Below, one piece after another: positions 1-14,914 of a DNA stretch of 64,000 nt. The notes under the pieces are model-generated. The model searched no databases, was not told the DNA's origin, and worked only from the letters and a program-made list of their open reading frames with translations. Within the stretch, counting starts at the first letter, position 1, and each line of letters starts with the position of its first letter. Source of the stretch: the human T2T-CHM13v2.0 reference genome, Homo sapiens; the NCBI RefSeq assembly GCF_009914755.1, contig NC_060931.1; one strand, written 5' to 3'. A program made the translations under genes and the position numbers.

Positions 1-577
1 TAGGCAGAGGTCAAACCAGCCTTGTCCCTCCAGAGAGCAGAGCAGAACCATGGCAGACTCCCCTTCACTTCACCCTGCTGTCCCAGCCAGCTGCAACCTC
101 ACCAGAAATCAATCTCCTTTCCTGACAGCCTTTTAGTGTTTCAAACCAAGTGACCTGGCATGATCATGTGTCCTATTCAGGAAAAGTAGCTCTCACCTAG
201 GTATCTTAAAAAAAAGGGAAAAAGATAAGTTCCCCTGCTCTCCCAGAAGACCTGAGCCCTGCAGGGAGGGTCTCGAGCCAGAGAGCTCCAGGACAGCCTC
301 ACTGGAGGGGTGGCTCTCGGAATGTCCACCACAGGGAGAGCCCAGTCTGGGTCTGTTTCTCGGGGCCATTGTTAAGGTTGGCTCCCTCCTATCCCGAGGA
401 CAGGCTTTGAAGGAGAAGCTCTGGGAAGCCCCGAGGAAGGGCAGGAGAAGGGGACCCCTGGAGAAGGAAGGAGGCAGGGCTCACCAGCCTCCCCATACTC
501 ACTGAGGGTGGCCCTGGGAAGGGCGGCAGAACATAACAACCACCCTGACCCCCGCTTTCCTCTCCTGTGTGTTTCAG

Positions 578-648
578 TTCCAGGAGAGCCCCCGGGATCT
601 GTCTCAGCGACGCCACACACCACGTCCTCTGTCCTGATACAGTGGCAG
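578..648 (+). CDS. SDK1: SDK1 coding exon (71 nt): VPGEPPGSVSATPHTTSSVLIQWQ, N-terminal strands of an FN3 repeat
   Basis: Pyrimidine tract then tttcag| acceptor; CAG|gtaaga donor; FN3 pattern P-x-x-P...V-x-W; phase-0 end matches next exon. Confidence 0.95.
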
Positions 649-933
649 GTAAGAGCGCGGGGAATCACGCGCGTTTTGTCAAATGTGTTCTCATTTCCCT
701 GCGCATTCAGCCACAACGGCTGACATGGACTGCAAGCTGAGCCCTGAGCTAAGCGTTTGAGAGTAGAACCAAGGAGACACACCCTCAGACTCAAAAACGC
801 GAGGGGGAAATGGTGTCAATTATCATCTCGGTGTAATTTCCAAAACATTAGAAGCAGGACTGTGATGCACGTAGAGAATGAACTTGACTCCCCTTATTCA
901 GGAGGGACCGGCAGGATGGGGAGGCCAGTCTGA

Positions 934-1510
<577 letters not shown>

Positions 1511-3882
1511 TAATCTCCAATGTGCAGTGAGTTAAATGAAGGCATATTCTTCCAGATAATCACACACTCCTTGTTGGGCCTGCTCAGCAATGCTCCAGTA
1601 AGGCATTGAAGGACACGCTGCCGTCTCTTTCCCTTAGTTTCAATTTTGGGCAATGCTTACTGACAAGTACATTGATGACAAATATAACAGAGGGACAAAA
1701 CTGCCCAAGGAAGGGCTGCAGGCCCCAGGGAGATCCCAGCTGAAGAGTGGGGCGGGGAGCTGTGCGGAGGACTCAGCCCAGGGCCTGTGTAGCCCGGATC
1801 CGGGGCAGACAGATGTTGAGTTTCCCCAGGGCTAGAGCTTGGCCTGGCAGCAGACACAACAGATGGACAGGCAGGGGGCCAAGCACGAGGGCAGAGTCAA
1901 AGTTTCTGGCCCACAGGGAGGTTCCTGAGGCCAGAATGGGGGCTGCTGTGCCAGGGAGCTGGGAACATAGTGGGATGGGGCCAGCATGGGGTGGGTACGG
2001 CATGAGGACAGGTCAGCCTGGGAGTGCCTGCTGGGAGCTGGGGTCAGGAGGGCAGTCTGGTGGGCACGAGATTCTTCCTTGGGGCTGAAGCTGTCCTCAA
2101 GGACAATGGCAGGGTGCCCGATGCAGCAGGTGGGAATGATGGTTCGGGAAGTCAGGAGAAAATCAAGAGGGGAACAGTGGTCTAGACATGGCCTTGGAGG
2201 GCGAGGGGATGTCCCGGCCACATGCCCTCCGCCGGTGCAGGGGAGGCAGGAAGGGGTCCTGTGGAAAGTGGGGGCTGCGGGAAATGGAAGGGATGCTGGG
2301 AAACACAGCCAAGGCCACCAGTAGGTGTCCCAGACAGAGCATCTCCCAGGGCCCTGCAGAAGGGCCACTCCAAGGGACAGTGGCTTCACTTTGCAGCACG
2401 GAGGATGAGGTCCAGGACCAGGCTAGGACAGGAGGTGCCAGAGATGCCTGCTGGGCCGGGAGAGAGACGTGCTGAGTGAGCAGCGCCAGCCGCAGCCTTC
2501 CTGGGCATGGTCTTGAGGTGCGTAGTGCTAGAGATGCCAGAGAGGAACCCGGTGAGCAGAGCCAGGCTGGGCTGTGGGTGGGGCCAGCCAGGGGGAGCTT
2601 GGGAGGGGCTCCGCTTTCACCCTCTTGCTGTATGATCCTATGAAATATGACCATGTTTGAGGTATGAAAGTGGCAATTTATGTGATTCAACCTGATATCA
2701 CTTGCTACTGCCACTTATCTGAGGGATGGAGAGTAGGCGTTTAACAAGCTGGGTTCTGTGAAGAGTGTGTCATCTCCTTCAAGTGTCCATGGAGGTGTGC
2801 GGGGCTGCGTCTCGGCTGCCTTTCTCTTGCTAAGGGATCCAGCTTCTCTGGGTAGGATAGGAACCTTTCCAGGCAATGAAAGAATGTCCCAGTGTCTCCT
2901 GGTGGAACTGGAAGAGCACTTCTGTGGCACTCAGCCCTACTGAGTTTACCAGAGCATAGGGGGGCCAGAGTGGGAACCACGAAAACAGCCTGGGCCCCAC
3001 CTCTGCCCCTGGGAAGCCACAGCCCCTGATCTGTCTGGGAGCCACTGGAAAAGTGACGAAGGACCCACCCGCAACTTGCCATCGGGTGACTGTGGCCCTG
3101 AGAGGCCCCTCTGACTCCAGGTTCCTCCTTTGTAAGAACAGAAGGTCACAAAGGTGAGCTCAGGTCTCACACAACATCTCCAGTCTTTGGGGGCCGCTAG
3201 ACCCCCAGACCCGAGCTTCAGCCCTGACTCCCGTGAGGGTCTCCGGTGGGAGGTTAGAGACATTCAAAATGGAAATGCAAAGTCCCAAGTGCTCGTTTCC
3301 CAGCCTGCACCAACACAGTCAATCACAAGAACATTGGCACTTTGTACCATGCTGAATCCTACCAGAAAATTCACATTTTCTTTGTAGACGTGGCGGCAGC
3401 CTGCCAATACCTTACCTAGGTAAGCTCCTTTCCTATAAAGGCAGTGAGCATCAGGGCTGGGATGCGTCACCTCCTCCAAACAATGGTTGTGAAGGCATCA
3501 CTTGCTGTCAGCCCCAGTGGACGGTGCAGGGCTCGAGCTCCCCTTGGTGCTGCTGGACAGCTCAGGGACGTGCCTAGTGCCACCTGGAGGAGCTGGGCTG
3601 GTGTGTGCATCAGCCGTCCCCCTCCAGAGCCCAACAGAACAAACTAATTGCAAGAAGACCAGAGCAGGAGGTGGTCAATACAACGTCCTGTAGAAATAAA
3701 TGCTTGTCAACTGCCAGGCAATTGAAGTATAATTAAAATTATGAGTAATTTACTGCATTAGAACAAACAGAACAAAGAAAAAGAAACTAGGTTTAAATAT
3801 AGATTTGCATTCCAAATAAAATGTTTCACCTGTAAACCTTTTGTGTTTTTTGTTTTGTTTTGTTTTGTTTTTTTAGTAATTA

Positions 3883-4198
<316 letters not shown>

Positions 4199-4313
4199 TT
4201 ATAGACCCATTTAAATGCCTCCCTTAGTAGACTGTCAGGCTTGATTATTCTTAGTAGGACAGTCAATCCTTGCCTTTCATGGGATCCAGTTCTGTTTGAA
4301 AGCTAAGGAGTAG

Positions 4314-4883
<570 letters not shown>

Positions 4884-5921
4884 CTGTAAGTGGGTTTTGA
4901 GACTGTTTTCTAGCAAAGAAAAAAATCCCAAGCAATTGATCACACCATACGGGAGGCTCTCAGTGTAAAAGGCACCTTCCCAGAGGAGGGTTACATCTGC
5001 CTGGGCAAAGGCAGGGAGGCATCCCGCCGCTTCAGAACACATCTTGGGGCTGTTTCTTTTTCTCTTCACTTGTGCCACCCACAGAGGACCAACACCTGCA
5101 TGGAGTGCTGAGTTCCAGAGGGGACTGAGGCAGGCCACAGAATGTGAAGAGCTTTCATTAAGCGCAGTGGGCTCTTTAAGGCATTGATAGGAAGACAGCA
5201 GAAGGAACGAAACTAACTCTGGCCAGAGGGGCACCTGAATGCACTTGGCAGGACTGCCAGGCCCCTGCAGTGAAAGGCTGGAGAAGCGCGTGGCCCCCGG
5301 CACAGCCTGAGGAAAGGCTCACGGGTGACGTCACTGGTGTTTGATGTTGTGTCTCACGGGTATTGCGTGTTGAGCCTCCTGTGCTCTCAGAACCATCAGG
5401 ACCAAACTCCGGAGAGAATCCCTGTTCTACTCTCCACAAAGCAGAAGGCACAGGATGGAAAGTGAAAGCTCAGATGGTTTCACTGAGCTTCCGGCCCGGG
5501 GGACCACGGTGGCCGGATCAGATTTGGATTTGGGCACCTGCTCTGCCTGAACTCGCAGGAGACAGTGGCACGTGGTTGAGCCTCCCTCAGCCCAGCTCCC
5601 TGTCTCTAGAACTAGGAGAGTTCGGCCCTGCCCTGCTGCTCCCCTACCTCAGCAGAGAGAGCTGGGTGGGAGGTTCCACAGAGGCCAGCAACGGCAGAGG
5701 GTCCGAGGTCACCGTTCAGGCAGCTGGAAGGAGAGAGGCTTTCCCTGCAGGTCCTGCCTCCTCCTACCCCCAGGCCTTCCCTCCACTCAACTCTGTGGCT
5801 CCAAGGTGCCCACCCTCCTGGGTCTTCCCCAGACCATTGACTTCTTCCTGCCTCCCCTACCTGGTGATAAAACCCAGGCACACTCCTACCAGGTCATTTG
5901 CATTTAAACAGGCTCTTTTGC

Positions 5922-6233
5922 TGTGGCACGCCTGTAATCCCAGCACTTTGGTAGGCTGAGGCGGGCAGATCACGAGGTCGAGATTGAGACCATCGTGGCC
6001 AACATGGTGAAACCCCGTCTCTACCAAAAATACAAAAATTAGCCGGGCGTGGTGGCGGGCACCTATAGTCCCAGCTACTCAGGCTGAGGTAGGAGAATTG
6101 CTTGAACCCGAGAGGCTACAGTGAGCAACCCAGGAGGTTGCAGTGAGCCAAGATCACACCACTGCACTCCAGCCTGGCGACAGAGCAAGACTCCGTCTTG
6201 AAAAAAACAAAAACAACAACAGCAACAAAAAAA
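5922..6233 (+). mobile_element. Alu (AluSc-like) with ~22 bp internal duplication near 6103-6148
   Basis: Alu consensus; aaccc..gagg.t.cagtgagc occurs twice in tandem. Confidence 0.9.
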
Positions 6234-8997
6234 CGGGCTTTTGAAAAATGAAGAACCTCCAGGAGGCTGCTGGCGAATTTCTGAGGCGTGGCAGGCACAG
6301 GGAAGGTGTTTTGAGGCAGGACTCCCAGTTCCCTTCAAGCTTCTCTCCACACAGATGGCCAAGCCAGGGTGCAGTGACACACAGATGAGGTCATGTTGAA
6401 CTCCGGCAAGTCCCACTCCACCCCAGGGCTCTGACTGAGCATCCGCCATGGCTGAGGCCTGGCCCAGGTGCTCTGGGCATTTAAACATGAACAAGACCCG
6501 AACATGGCCTGCCCCTGGGCATATGCAGAGTCAGAGACATGCGAAGGGCTGGGGACACGGGTCTGTGGTGCAAAGCGAACCTTTTGTTTCCAGTCATATA
6601 ATACTCTGGAGGCCATCTGGCCAGACTTCTGCCTGTCTTGGGCACAGGGTTGAGCCTGGGAGTTTGAGCAGTCAGCCCAAGCTTGTACTGCAAGGTGGCT
6701 GCAAGGCCACGACCCAAATCTAGAGCCTGACCTTGACCTCATGGGTTCCATGGAGCCGCCCTGCTGATGCCTCCGAGCACCTCCGGAGTTGGAGAGCCTC
6801 TTTCACAGATTACAGACAGGTTAATCCCAAAGTCCAGGAATGGAAAATATGGTTGAACCCAGTTCAGAACCCTGTGCAGGCAGGCCCGGGCATCTCTGTG
6901 AAGCCACCGGACCCTTTGTAAGTGACGCTCCCACTGGGAAGATGACACCTGCTAGCAGAGTGGCCTCTGCCAGCTGCTGCCTTCAAGGAAGCCACCCTCT
7001 GGGGGCACGGCCGCCTGGACCCCCTCCCCAGGCCTGGAAGACTCCTGCCAGGAGCGGATGCATTTTGACTCTTCAGTGATTTCTGGTGCAAACAGCATCA
7101 GTTAGCCTGTTGGCCAAATGTGGCCCCAGCCCGGTGGCTGACGGACACTGTGTCTGTTGGGCGAGGCGGATTGGCCATTTCTTATAGCTCTAAATCATCT
7201 CATTCGCCTAGGCTAGAAATATCTGTGAGTCCAGGATCAGTAATCTTCGGCCCCTTCCCCTCCATCTTCCAGCCCCAGAGGCTGGGAAACCACACTTGGG
7301 CCCAGGGAGAACATTTTTATTTTCCCAACCTCCTAACTTCCTGCTTAGTTGATAGTTTTGGTGAATTGAATCCAGCCTTCGTCACCCCACCCGAGCTTCC
7401 CTCCTCCCCCAGAAGTAAATTGCACTCTCTGTAATCCTGTCTTGTCTGTGCATCTGCAGAGCTGGCTGAAGGCCTCTGCAGTCTTCCTTCTGAGGTACCA
7501 GTTCCTCGAGCTGCCGCAGGTCTATTCTGGGGCGAGAGGGAGGCTTTGAAGGTGACCTCAGGGCGAGGTTGCTTGGCTGGTACTTACAGAGCCCCTGCTG
7601 TAAGCTTTTGATCTGTCTGCTCGCCTCTTCGTCATGCTGATAGTCAGTCCAGAGCCCAGAAATGGAAGCTGAGGTCTCTCATCTTCACTGCCCAGACTCC
7701 AGCCACTCTCACCCCACCACCAGTGTGAACAGCAAGGACAGGACTCCCAGCAGGACCGCCTGGGACCATCTGGGTGGACCAGGAGCCTTGGGCAAAACAA
7801 TCCGGCTCTCTGGGTGCGCAGGCATGTGCTGGGTGAGAGCCATTAGCGGGGACCTGTTGCTGTGTGGTTGTCAGGGGCCCAGGAGAGGAAAGTCAGAAGC
7901 CCCCAGGGTCTTGGAAGTCACTGCCATCTCTCATTCAGCAAAGGGCTCCTGTCAGTGCATTTTTGCAAGACTGGTTGTTACCGGGAGTAGCAGTAACCCA
8001 GGAATCCACCAAGCCCATCCATGGCTCCGGTGGATTGGAGGAAGCTCCGTTCTGGCCAGTCTCCTTCTGGGGAGCCCACCCAAGTGGGGAATGACCCGGC
8101 ACTTGGGCTAGTCCTGGCTCAGGCACTGGGAACTGTACCTGTAGCCTGGCTGCTGCTCCTAGACCCACCCAGACCTGCCCCTGCCCTTCATGCCCCTCGC
8201 TCCCGTCTAGTGGGGCTACACCAGGCACTGTGCCCGCCTTGCAGAGGGCCAGCCCTTCTCCCCTCATCAAAAGCCGCCTCCTCCTCCAAGGGCAGCTCAA
8301 ACGCCATTCCCTGCAGTTATCCTCCAGTTCTTCCTGGCAGTGAGCTCGCCGTCTCTGAGGCTTCAGAGCCGCCTTCCTCACTCAGTCTCTGGCACCCGGT
8401 GCACTATAGCTCAGGAGATCTCCTAGATGCAATGAGACGGCAAGGCTGGAATATATTCCCCAAGGGGCGGAGCTCAGTGTTTGCGTGCATTCCTCCAGTA
8501 ACATGCCCTGAGCTCTTGGTGAGTCAGTGTGAGGAGACAGGTGCAGCTTTTCAAGGAGCCACAGCACCAGGCCTTCCTGGTGGCTCTGGCACTGCCCTCC
8601 CTCCCTGCGGGAGGGCCCCTGGGCACAGAGCTCTCCTGCCTCCCTTAGAGCCACCTCTTTGCAGTGGCCCGAGTCACACAGGACAGATGCGCTGTATTCT
8701 TTAGGGTCAGCAGAATGACCATGGAAAGCAAACGGCCATGGAGAACACTTCCTTGGGGCTCAGTACAGAAACCACTCTGTCTCCTCTTTCTGAAATCCAG
8801 ATGGCCTGCGGAGAATTGCCTCTCTTCAGTCTCACATACCGACTTTTCCAACTTTTCCATCCATTGTATTTCTTCTAAGAAGGTTAAGTAAACCTTCTAT
8901 TTCATTGTGGCTAACAGTTGTGTTTGAAGAAGGATGCCTTACAGAATAAGGGTTTTAATTTCAGTCTCAGCTGTGGCCCATGAGATAACCAGGGCTA

Positions 8998-9369
<372 letters not shown>

Positions 9370-11389
9370 TCATCACGACACTGTCGGGAGCCAGATTGCA
9401 GTTGCATATAATACTGACCGGTGCCCACTCCTAGCACAAGGGACTAATTTTTAAAGACTAAGAGTAAAACAACTGAAAACCTAAAAGCTGCTCTGAATGT
9501 GATTCTATAGACTCCACAGGGAGGAAACCGAACATGAACCCCATCAACACCCCCAGTTTTTAGGAGACTGTCTGACATGCCCAGCCCTAAGGGATGGGGT
9601 GCAGAGCAGGACTGGCGGCCCGGCATGGGGGAGCTGGAGAAAGAGCAAATGAGCAGCCCAGGACACCTGTGAGTGACTGTTGCCGGCGTCCCAAACACTG
9701 CTTTGTCGTCAAAATCATAGAAAAGGAAAAGAGCATTTAGTAAAATCAGCAGGCACTGTAGCCTCCCCTACCTGTTCCCCTATCCAGCCTCGACTGTGCC
9801 TGTAATTCTCACTCCTTCCTTTTCTGCCAGCTTTCAGCTTCCCAAACTCATAGCTCCCTGGTCAGGTTTGGATTTTATTGTTTTCCTGGCAAGTTGAGTA
9901 GTGCTGGGAACTCCTTGAGCCGGTGAAGGGGTGCCTGCTGGAGAAAGGGGTCAGTGGCCACAGGGTGTGGACGGATGGGGTGGCCACGTGCCCCAGGGAC
10001 CCTGCCGTGCCTTGCTGATCGTCTGCCGCCGCCTCGGGTACACCGCACCCTGGAGAGACCCTCATCTGTGCTGGCTCACTTTCTGCTTTGTTTCTCTAGC
10101 TCTATTACTGGAGGCGCTTTGAAAAGCTTTTCCATCTGTAGATTGTCCCGATGGAAGGCAAGCAGCGCCGGGGAGGGAGCGGGTATCCAGAGAAAACCTG
10201 GGATGCCCAGTTACATCTGAATTCCAGAAGAATCATTTTCAGATTCTGATTTAGCTGGGTGTCTTGTTTTTTTATAGCTTTAAAAAAAGCAAAAAAATCA
10301 AGAGAGCCTCATTTGACATTGAAGTCCCGGGCTCTGGTTCGGCGGTTCTGGCCTGGTAGCTGAGCATGCTCCAGCCCCGTGAAGGCGGCCAGCCAGGGCC
10401 AGAGTAGAGAGGCTGGAGCAGAGCCGGCACCAAGGTCCCCTCATCCGCTGGTGGTGGCCAGTGAAGGGTAAAGAGAGAAAAGGAAAAGCCAGCAGAAAAA
10501 AAGTCCCTCCCAGATAATAGCCCAACTCCACCGTCCATTTGAGAATTTGGAGCTAGATGCCGGGCAGTGCCATTTCCCCATCTCTGGTCTGTGGTGGGCA
10601 GCGGGAGTCCTCGGACCTGGGGCTGCAAGCCCGCAGGATGGATACGTGACCCTTGTAACTTTCTGCAAAATTGAAGAGGGCTGTGGGGCATTGACAAGCA
10701 CACCGTGGGGGGAACACAGGGGACTCAGACGCGCCCCCACCCCCAGACGACAGCTCTCTCAGCCCCTGGGTTTGCTCACTGGGGTCCGACACCCCTGGGC
10801 CAGGAGCGGAGCTGTGTCCAGGCTGGAGTAGTGTCTAAGGGTGTGGGTTTGCAGGGCCTCTCAGACACGGATCGCAAAGACCCGGCAAGGCCACTCAGTT
10901 GTTCCCGTTATGCTTTTCCGCGTCTGAGGGGGGATTATATCCCGTCGTGCTGTTCCTGAATTGGGAGCATCACAGGGGTGTCAGAAAGTCCTCAGAGAGG
11001 GACAGCTGCTGGCAGCCCTGCATGGCAGTGGCCTGGGGGCTGCTTGAGCTAATGTGGTAGCAGGCCTCATTTTGGAAAACCTCCTGAGTCTGCCGGGTAC
11101 ACACGGTGCCCCTCTGGCATGTGCGTGTCGCATGCTGCATGCGTGAGTGTTGAACGCGTGAGTGTTGTTCCTCGTTGCTACCACAGTGCAAGCCCCCCTC
11201 ACTATCCAAGCCATTCTGTCGGAGAGCCTGGGGAGCAAAGAACACCGCTTCCTCCACGTTTGGGTTTTGCCTCGTGAGTAGCAAGAGTCCAAAGAAAAAG
11301 CGATTTCTCTAAACATCCAACCCCTCCTGGTGCCTGGGTTCAGATAGTGAGGACCAGAGAGAGTTTGGATTGCAAGGATGTGTTATTTA

Positions 11390-11833
11390 CCGGGGGCAGC
11401 AAAACAAGTTACTACGCATTAGGTGGTTGGAAAGGGCAGAGCCTTATTCTCTCACAGCTCTGGGGGCCAAAAGTCCAAACTCAAGGTGTCGGCAGGGTCC
11501 TGCTGCCTCTGAGGGCTCCAGGGAGGATCCTTCCTGCCTCTTCCAGCTTCCGGTGGCCGATGACAACTCTTGGCGTTTTTCACTTACGGACGCGTTACTC
11601 CAGTCTCTGTCCCTGTCTTCATCGGGTGTTCCCCCTGTGTGTCCTGTGTCCAAACTTCCCTCTTCTCATAATTTCCCTCCACTCATCAAATTAGGACCCT
11701 CCCCTAATCCAGTATGACCTTGTCAAAACCAATTGCACGTGCAAAGACCCTGTTTCCAAATAAGGTCAGGTTCACAGGCAACAGGGCTTAGACTTGAGCG
11801 TGTCTTTTAGGGGGACACAGTTCAACCCACAGC
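11390..11833 (-). mobile_element. MaLR solo LTR (MLT1-like)
   Basis: ttattctctcacagctctgggggccaaaagtccaaactcaaggtgtcggcaggg ... ggggacacagttcaacccacagca. Confidence 0.8.
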
Positions 11834-13019
11834 AAAGGGGCTCTCGTGCAGCAAAGCTGTGGCTCCGCCCGGGGAGCAGGATGGTGCTGCGGTGTGGGTG
11901 CCTCACAGTGAGCCCGACACCGGAAGTTCTGTGCACATCCGTCCTCTGACGAGGCTTCGTGGCCTCGTCTTCAGCCATCTTCTGGTCACAGCTTAGAAGG
12001 TTCCTGTTCCTTATCCCTCATCTGAGTATCCCAAGAAGAGACCAGATGCTCGGAGGCTCAGCACCCAGATGAGTGCAGAAGTCACTGAGGCTTTCCAGGG
12101 CATCCGCCTGGAGTGGGAGGACCCTTCTCAGTCTCAGATTTGTCTCCTGCGTGGAAACATCCTCCCCAAATGTACTTATAAACAGAAACCGACTGAAGGA
12201 AAAGGCAAGCCTTGCGCTGGGTCTCGAGTGGTGAACAGCCACATCCTAAAGTGGACAGGTCTTGAGGTCTCATAACCCTGTGTTTAGATTCCAGCAAGAC
12301 CTGAAACTCCACTTCCTTATCTGCCTGTGCTCCCTATTCCATGGGAGTCTAATGTGTGTCTAATGAGCGCCTAGCCATGGCTTGGTAAGAACTGCAGGGT
12401 GAGAGCTGGATGGCAAGGGTGTATTGTTTGCCTGGGGCAGCTGAAGCAGATCACCGGACCGCAAGATGATAGGCCAGGCCAGCCATCATGCGAGGGGCCA
12501 TGGGGATTCCAGCCTGAGGACTGAGTCCGGCACAGTGGGGTGGCCTGGCATGGGGAGGCATCAGTGAGGGGTACAGTACGGCAGCCACAGCCTGGATGGC
12601 CAGGGGAGTGAGGGAGGGTGGGGTCAGCTGGTGGGTGCTTCAGAGCAGGCCGCCTCTCGAGGTTCCACCCTGCTCTGGGCTCACCACACAGCACGCAGCC
12701 TCCTCGCCGTCTGTGTCTGTCCCCAGCCTCCTGCCCCAGCCTGGGGGCTCATTTGAGGATTTGAGCTGGACAGGGGACAAAATGCTGATGTCCCCACACA
12801 CATGCACATGAAAACTGGGATTCTGAGAGTATCTCCACAGCTTGGTGCTGTGCCCTGGGAGCTGCCTGGGTTCGTCTTGATGAATCTGACACCTGTCGCT
12901 GGAACCCACGACTTACTTCTGTGCAGCTGGCTAGTTAAACAGGGGTGGAGGTGAGCCCTGCTGCAGGCCAGCTGGGTTGACTCCCATGGTGTGGCTGAGT
13001 CGGTGTGATGTCTTTGCAG

Positions 13020-13155
13020 CCTCCGAGGGACGAAAGCCTGAACGGCCTTCTTCAGGGATACAGGATCTACTACAGGGAGCTGGAGTATGAAGCCGGGTCA
13101 GGCACCGAGGCCAAGACGCTCAAAAACCCTATAGCTTTACGTGCTGAGCTCACAG
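13020..13155 (+). CDS. SDK1: SDK1 coding exon (136 nt): PPRDESLNGLLQGYRIYYRELEYEAGSGTEAKTLKNPIALRAELT
   Basis: tttgcag| acceptor, ACAG|gtgaga donor; NG-x-L-x-GY-x-I-x-Y motif typical of Sidekick/DSCAM FN3; phase 0 to 1. Confidence 0.96.
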
Positions 13156-14572
13156 GTGAGACTGTCCCCTCTGTCCTGGTACAGGGAGGGAGGTTCCCAG
13201 GGGACCTTTGGCATCTGCTCAGTGCACATCATGGTGGGAAACGCTGTGGAAGAGGCTGAGAGAAGAGGCAGCCCTGCCCTCAGGAACAGGGAGCAGGCGG
13301 GTTTACCCACCAGGGGCACACAGGGTGCAGGTGTGCGGCAGGTGGGTGCAGCTGCGGAGGCAGAGGGGCCTTGTCTACCACAGACTGTGTTAAGGGGAGA
13401 GCAGTTGCCAGGCCTCCAGTGACTGCACTCTACCGGCGTCAGTGGGGAAGGGCTTTGGGACCTGAGATGGAGGCAGGGGGCCAGTAGGAACCTGTTGCAA
13501 AACCCAAGTCCAGGGACAGGCCCCGCCTGTCTGTACCAGACAGCCTCAGCGTGGAGCCCATGGTGCTCACCCCCGGGCTGATTTTGGCTCTGCCTGCACT
13601 GCGCCATGATCGTTGCTCTGACGAGGGCCCAGCTGCCTTCAAGACAGCTTCTAGAACCCTGGAGAGGGACGGCTGCCCTGCCCGTTCCCACCCCTCCTCT
13701 GTTGGATGGAGGTTAGAGGGGGTTCATTTCCTGGCACCCACCAAACGGTGTCACAAAAATACTCTTTGCCCCTTGACATCCTCGTGCCGGGGACAGAGTG
13801 AAGAAGCAGCTCCAGAACACGCCGTGTGGACGGTGCCCTCCCGCTTTCTGCCATCCCTGTGGCACCAGGGCTGCCTACCTCACGCGCCAACGCCAGCCGC
13901 GGGGCCTTCCACGCACCCAGTGCGCGGACGGCAGCAGCTCCTATGCTCCTATGCTCACACAGCTTGACCCCAGTACAGCGCCAGGCATGATGTTGATGAA
14001 TGTTGAAGACGGGAAATTGCAGCACTGGTGTCTGCACTGTTGGCACACCCCAAAGGTGGCCCTTGCTGACCACCAGACAGTTGGCATCTCCCTGGGCTCT
14101 GTCGCAAAATCAAAACAGCACAGTAGAAGGGCCCCGGGATGCGGCTGGGCTTACGCACCTGGTCGCGCAGCTCTCCCTGAGGTGGTTTGCTCGGCTCCTC
14201 CAGCCGGGGCTCCCTGCGTGAGCATGAGTCAGCTGCACCTGCCCCGGGGTGACCGGGAGAAAAGGTGTCCTGCCACTCAGTGCTAAGTTGTGCCAAAAAC
14301 TAGCATGTTTCACTGAATCAGAGTGGTAAGCACACCCCGCCTGTCCGGGACTGGGGTGCCTTGTTGTTTACGAGGAGGTGCGGCAGCCCCCGCAACTGGG
14401 AGCTGGTGGAAAGCTTGGGCGGTAGCGGGGTCTTTATTGCCCCGGGAGGCGCAGCGTGGGAAGTGGCTGGCATCCCAGTAAGGCACCTGTCTCCCTTGTT
14501 CCTGCCGCACATCACCTGCGATGGCCGTGTCCCTGCGTGCTAACCACCTTTCTGCTTTGCTTACCCCAATAG

Positions 14573-14632
14573 CCCAAAGCAGCTTCAAGACGGTGAACAG
14601 CAGCTCCACATCGACGATGTGTGAACTAACAC
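14573..14632 (+). CDS. SDK1: SDK1 coding exon (60 nt, phase 1-1): (A)QSSFKTVNSSSTSTMCELT(H)
   Basis: Branch-like tgctaac at ~14538, ccaatag| acceptor, AC|gtaagt donor; in frame with both neighbours. Confidence 0.88.
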
Positions 14633-14914
14633 GTAAGTGCGCTCTCAGCGGGAGGCCCATGCCGCGAGGCGCACACACTGTGCCCAGAGCCAGCTGGTCT
14701 CTCAGTGCAAGGGAAAACCAGCCTGGATTAATGGCTCCAGTTCTGGAATCGCCTCTCAAACGCTGCGTCTCCACATACCAAACCACCAGGGAGATAGGAA
14801 AAGAAGCTTCTAGAAACAGAGGCTGGGGAAATTTACTAATATCTGGTCTTCAAGTTTGGGACAGAGAGGAAAGCCAGATAGAACAAGATCTCTGATCTCT
14901 CCAACTTCCTTCTT

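Noticed and set aside
8021-8704. 227-aa + strand ORF (likewise 5363-5959, 29788-30390, 41848-42549)
   Set aside because: No recognisable domain, Pro/Ser/Gly/Ala-rich composition; expected by chance in GC-rich intron
13083-13100. Internal donors (ga|gtatga, gg|gtcagg) that could make the 60-nt exon mutually exclusive with the end of the upstream exon
   Set aside because: Both are phase 2, but the 60-nt exon needs phase 1
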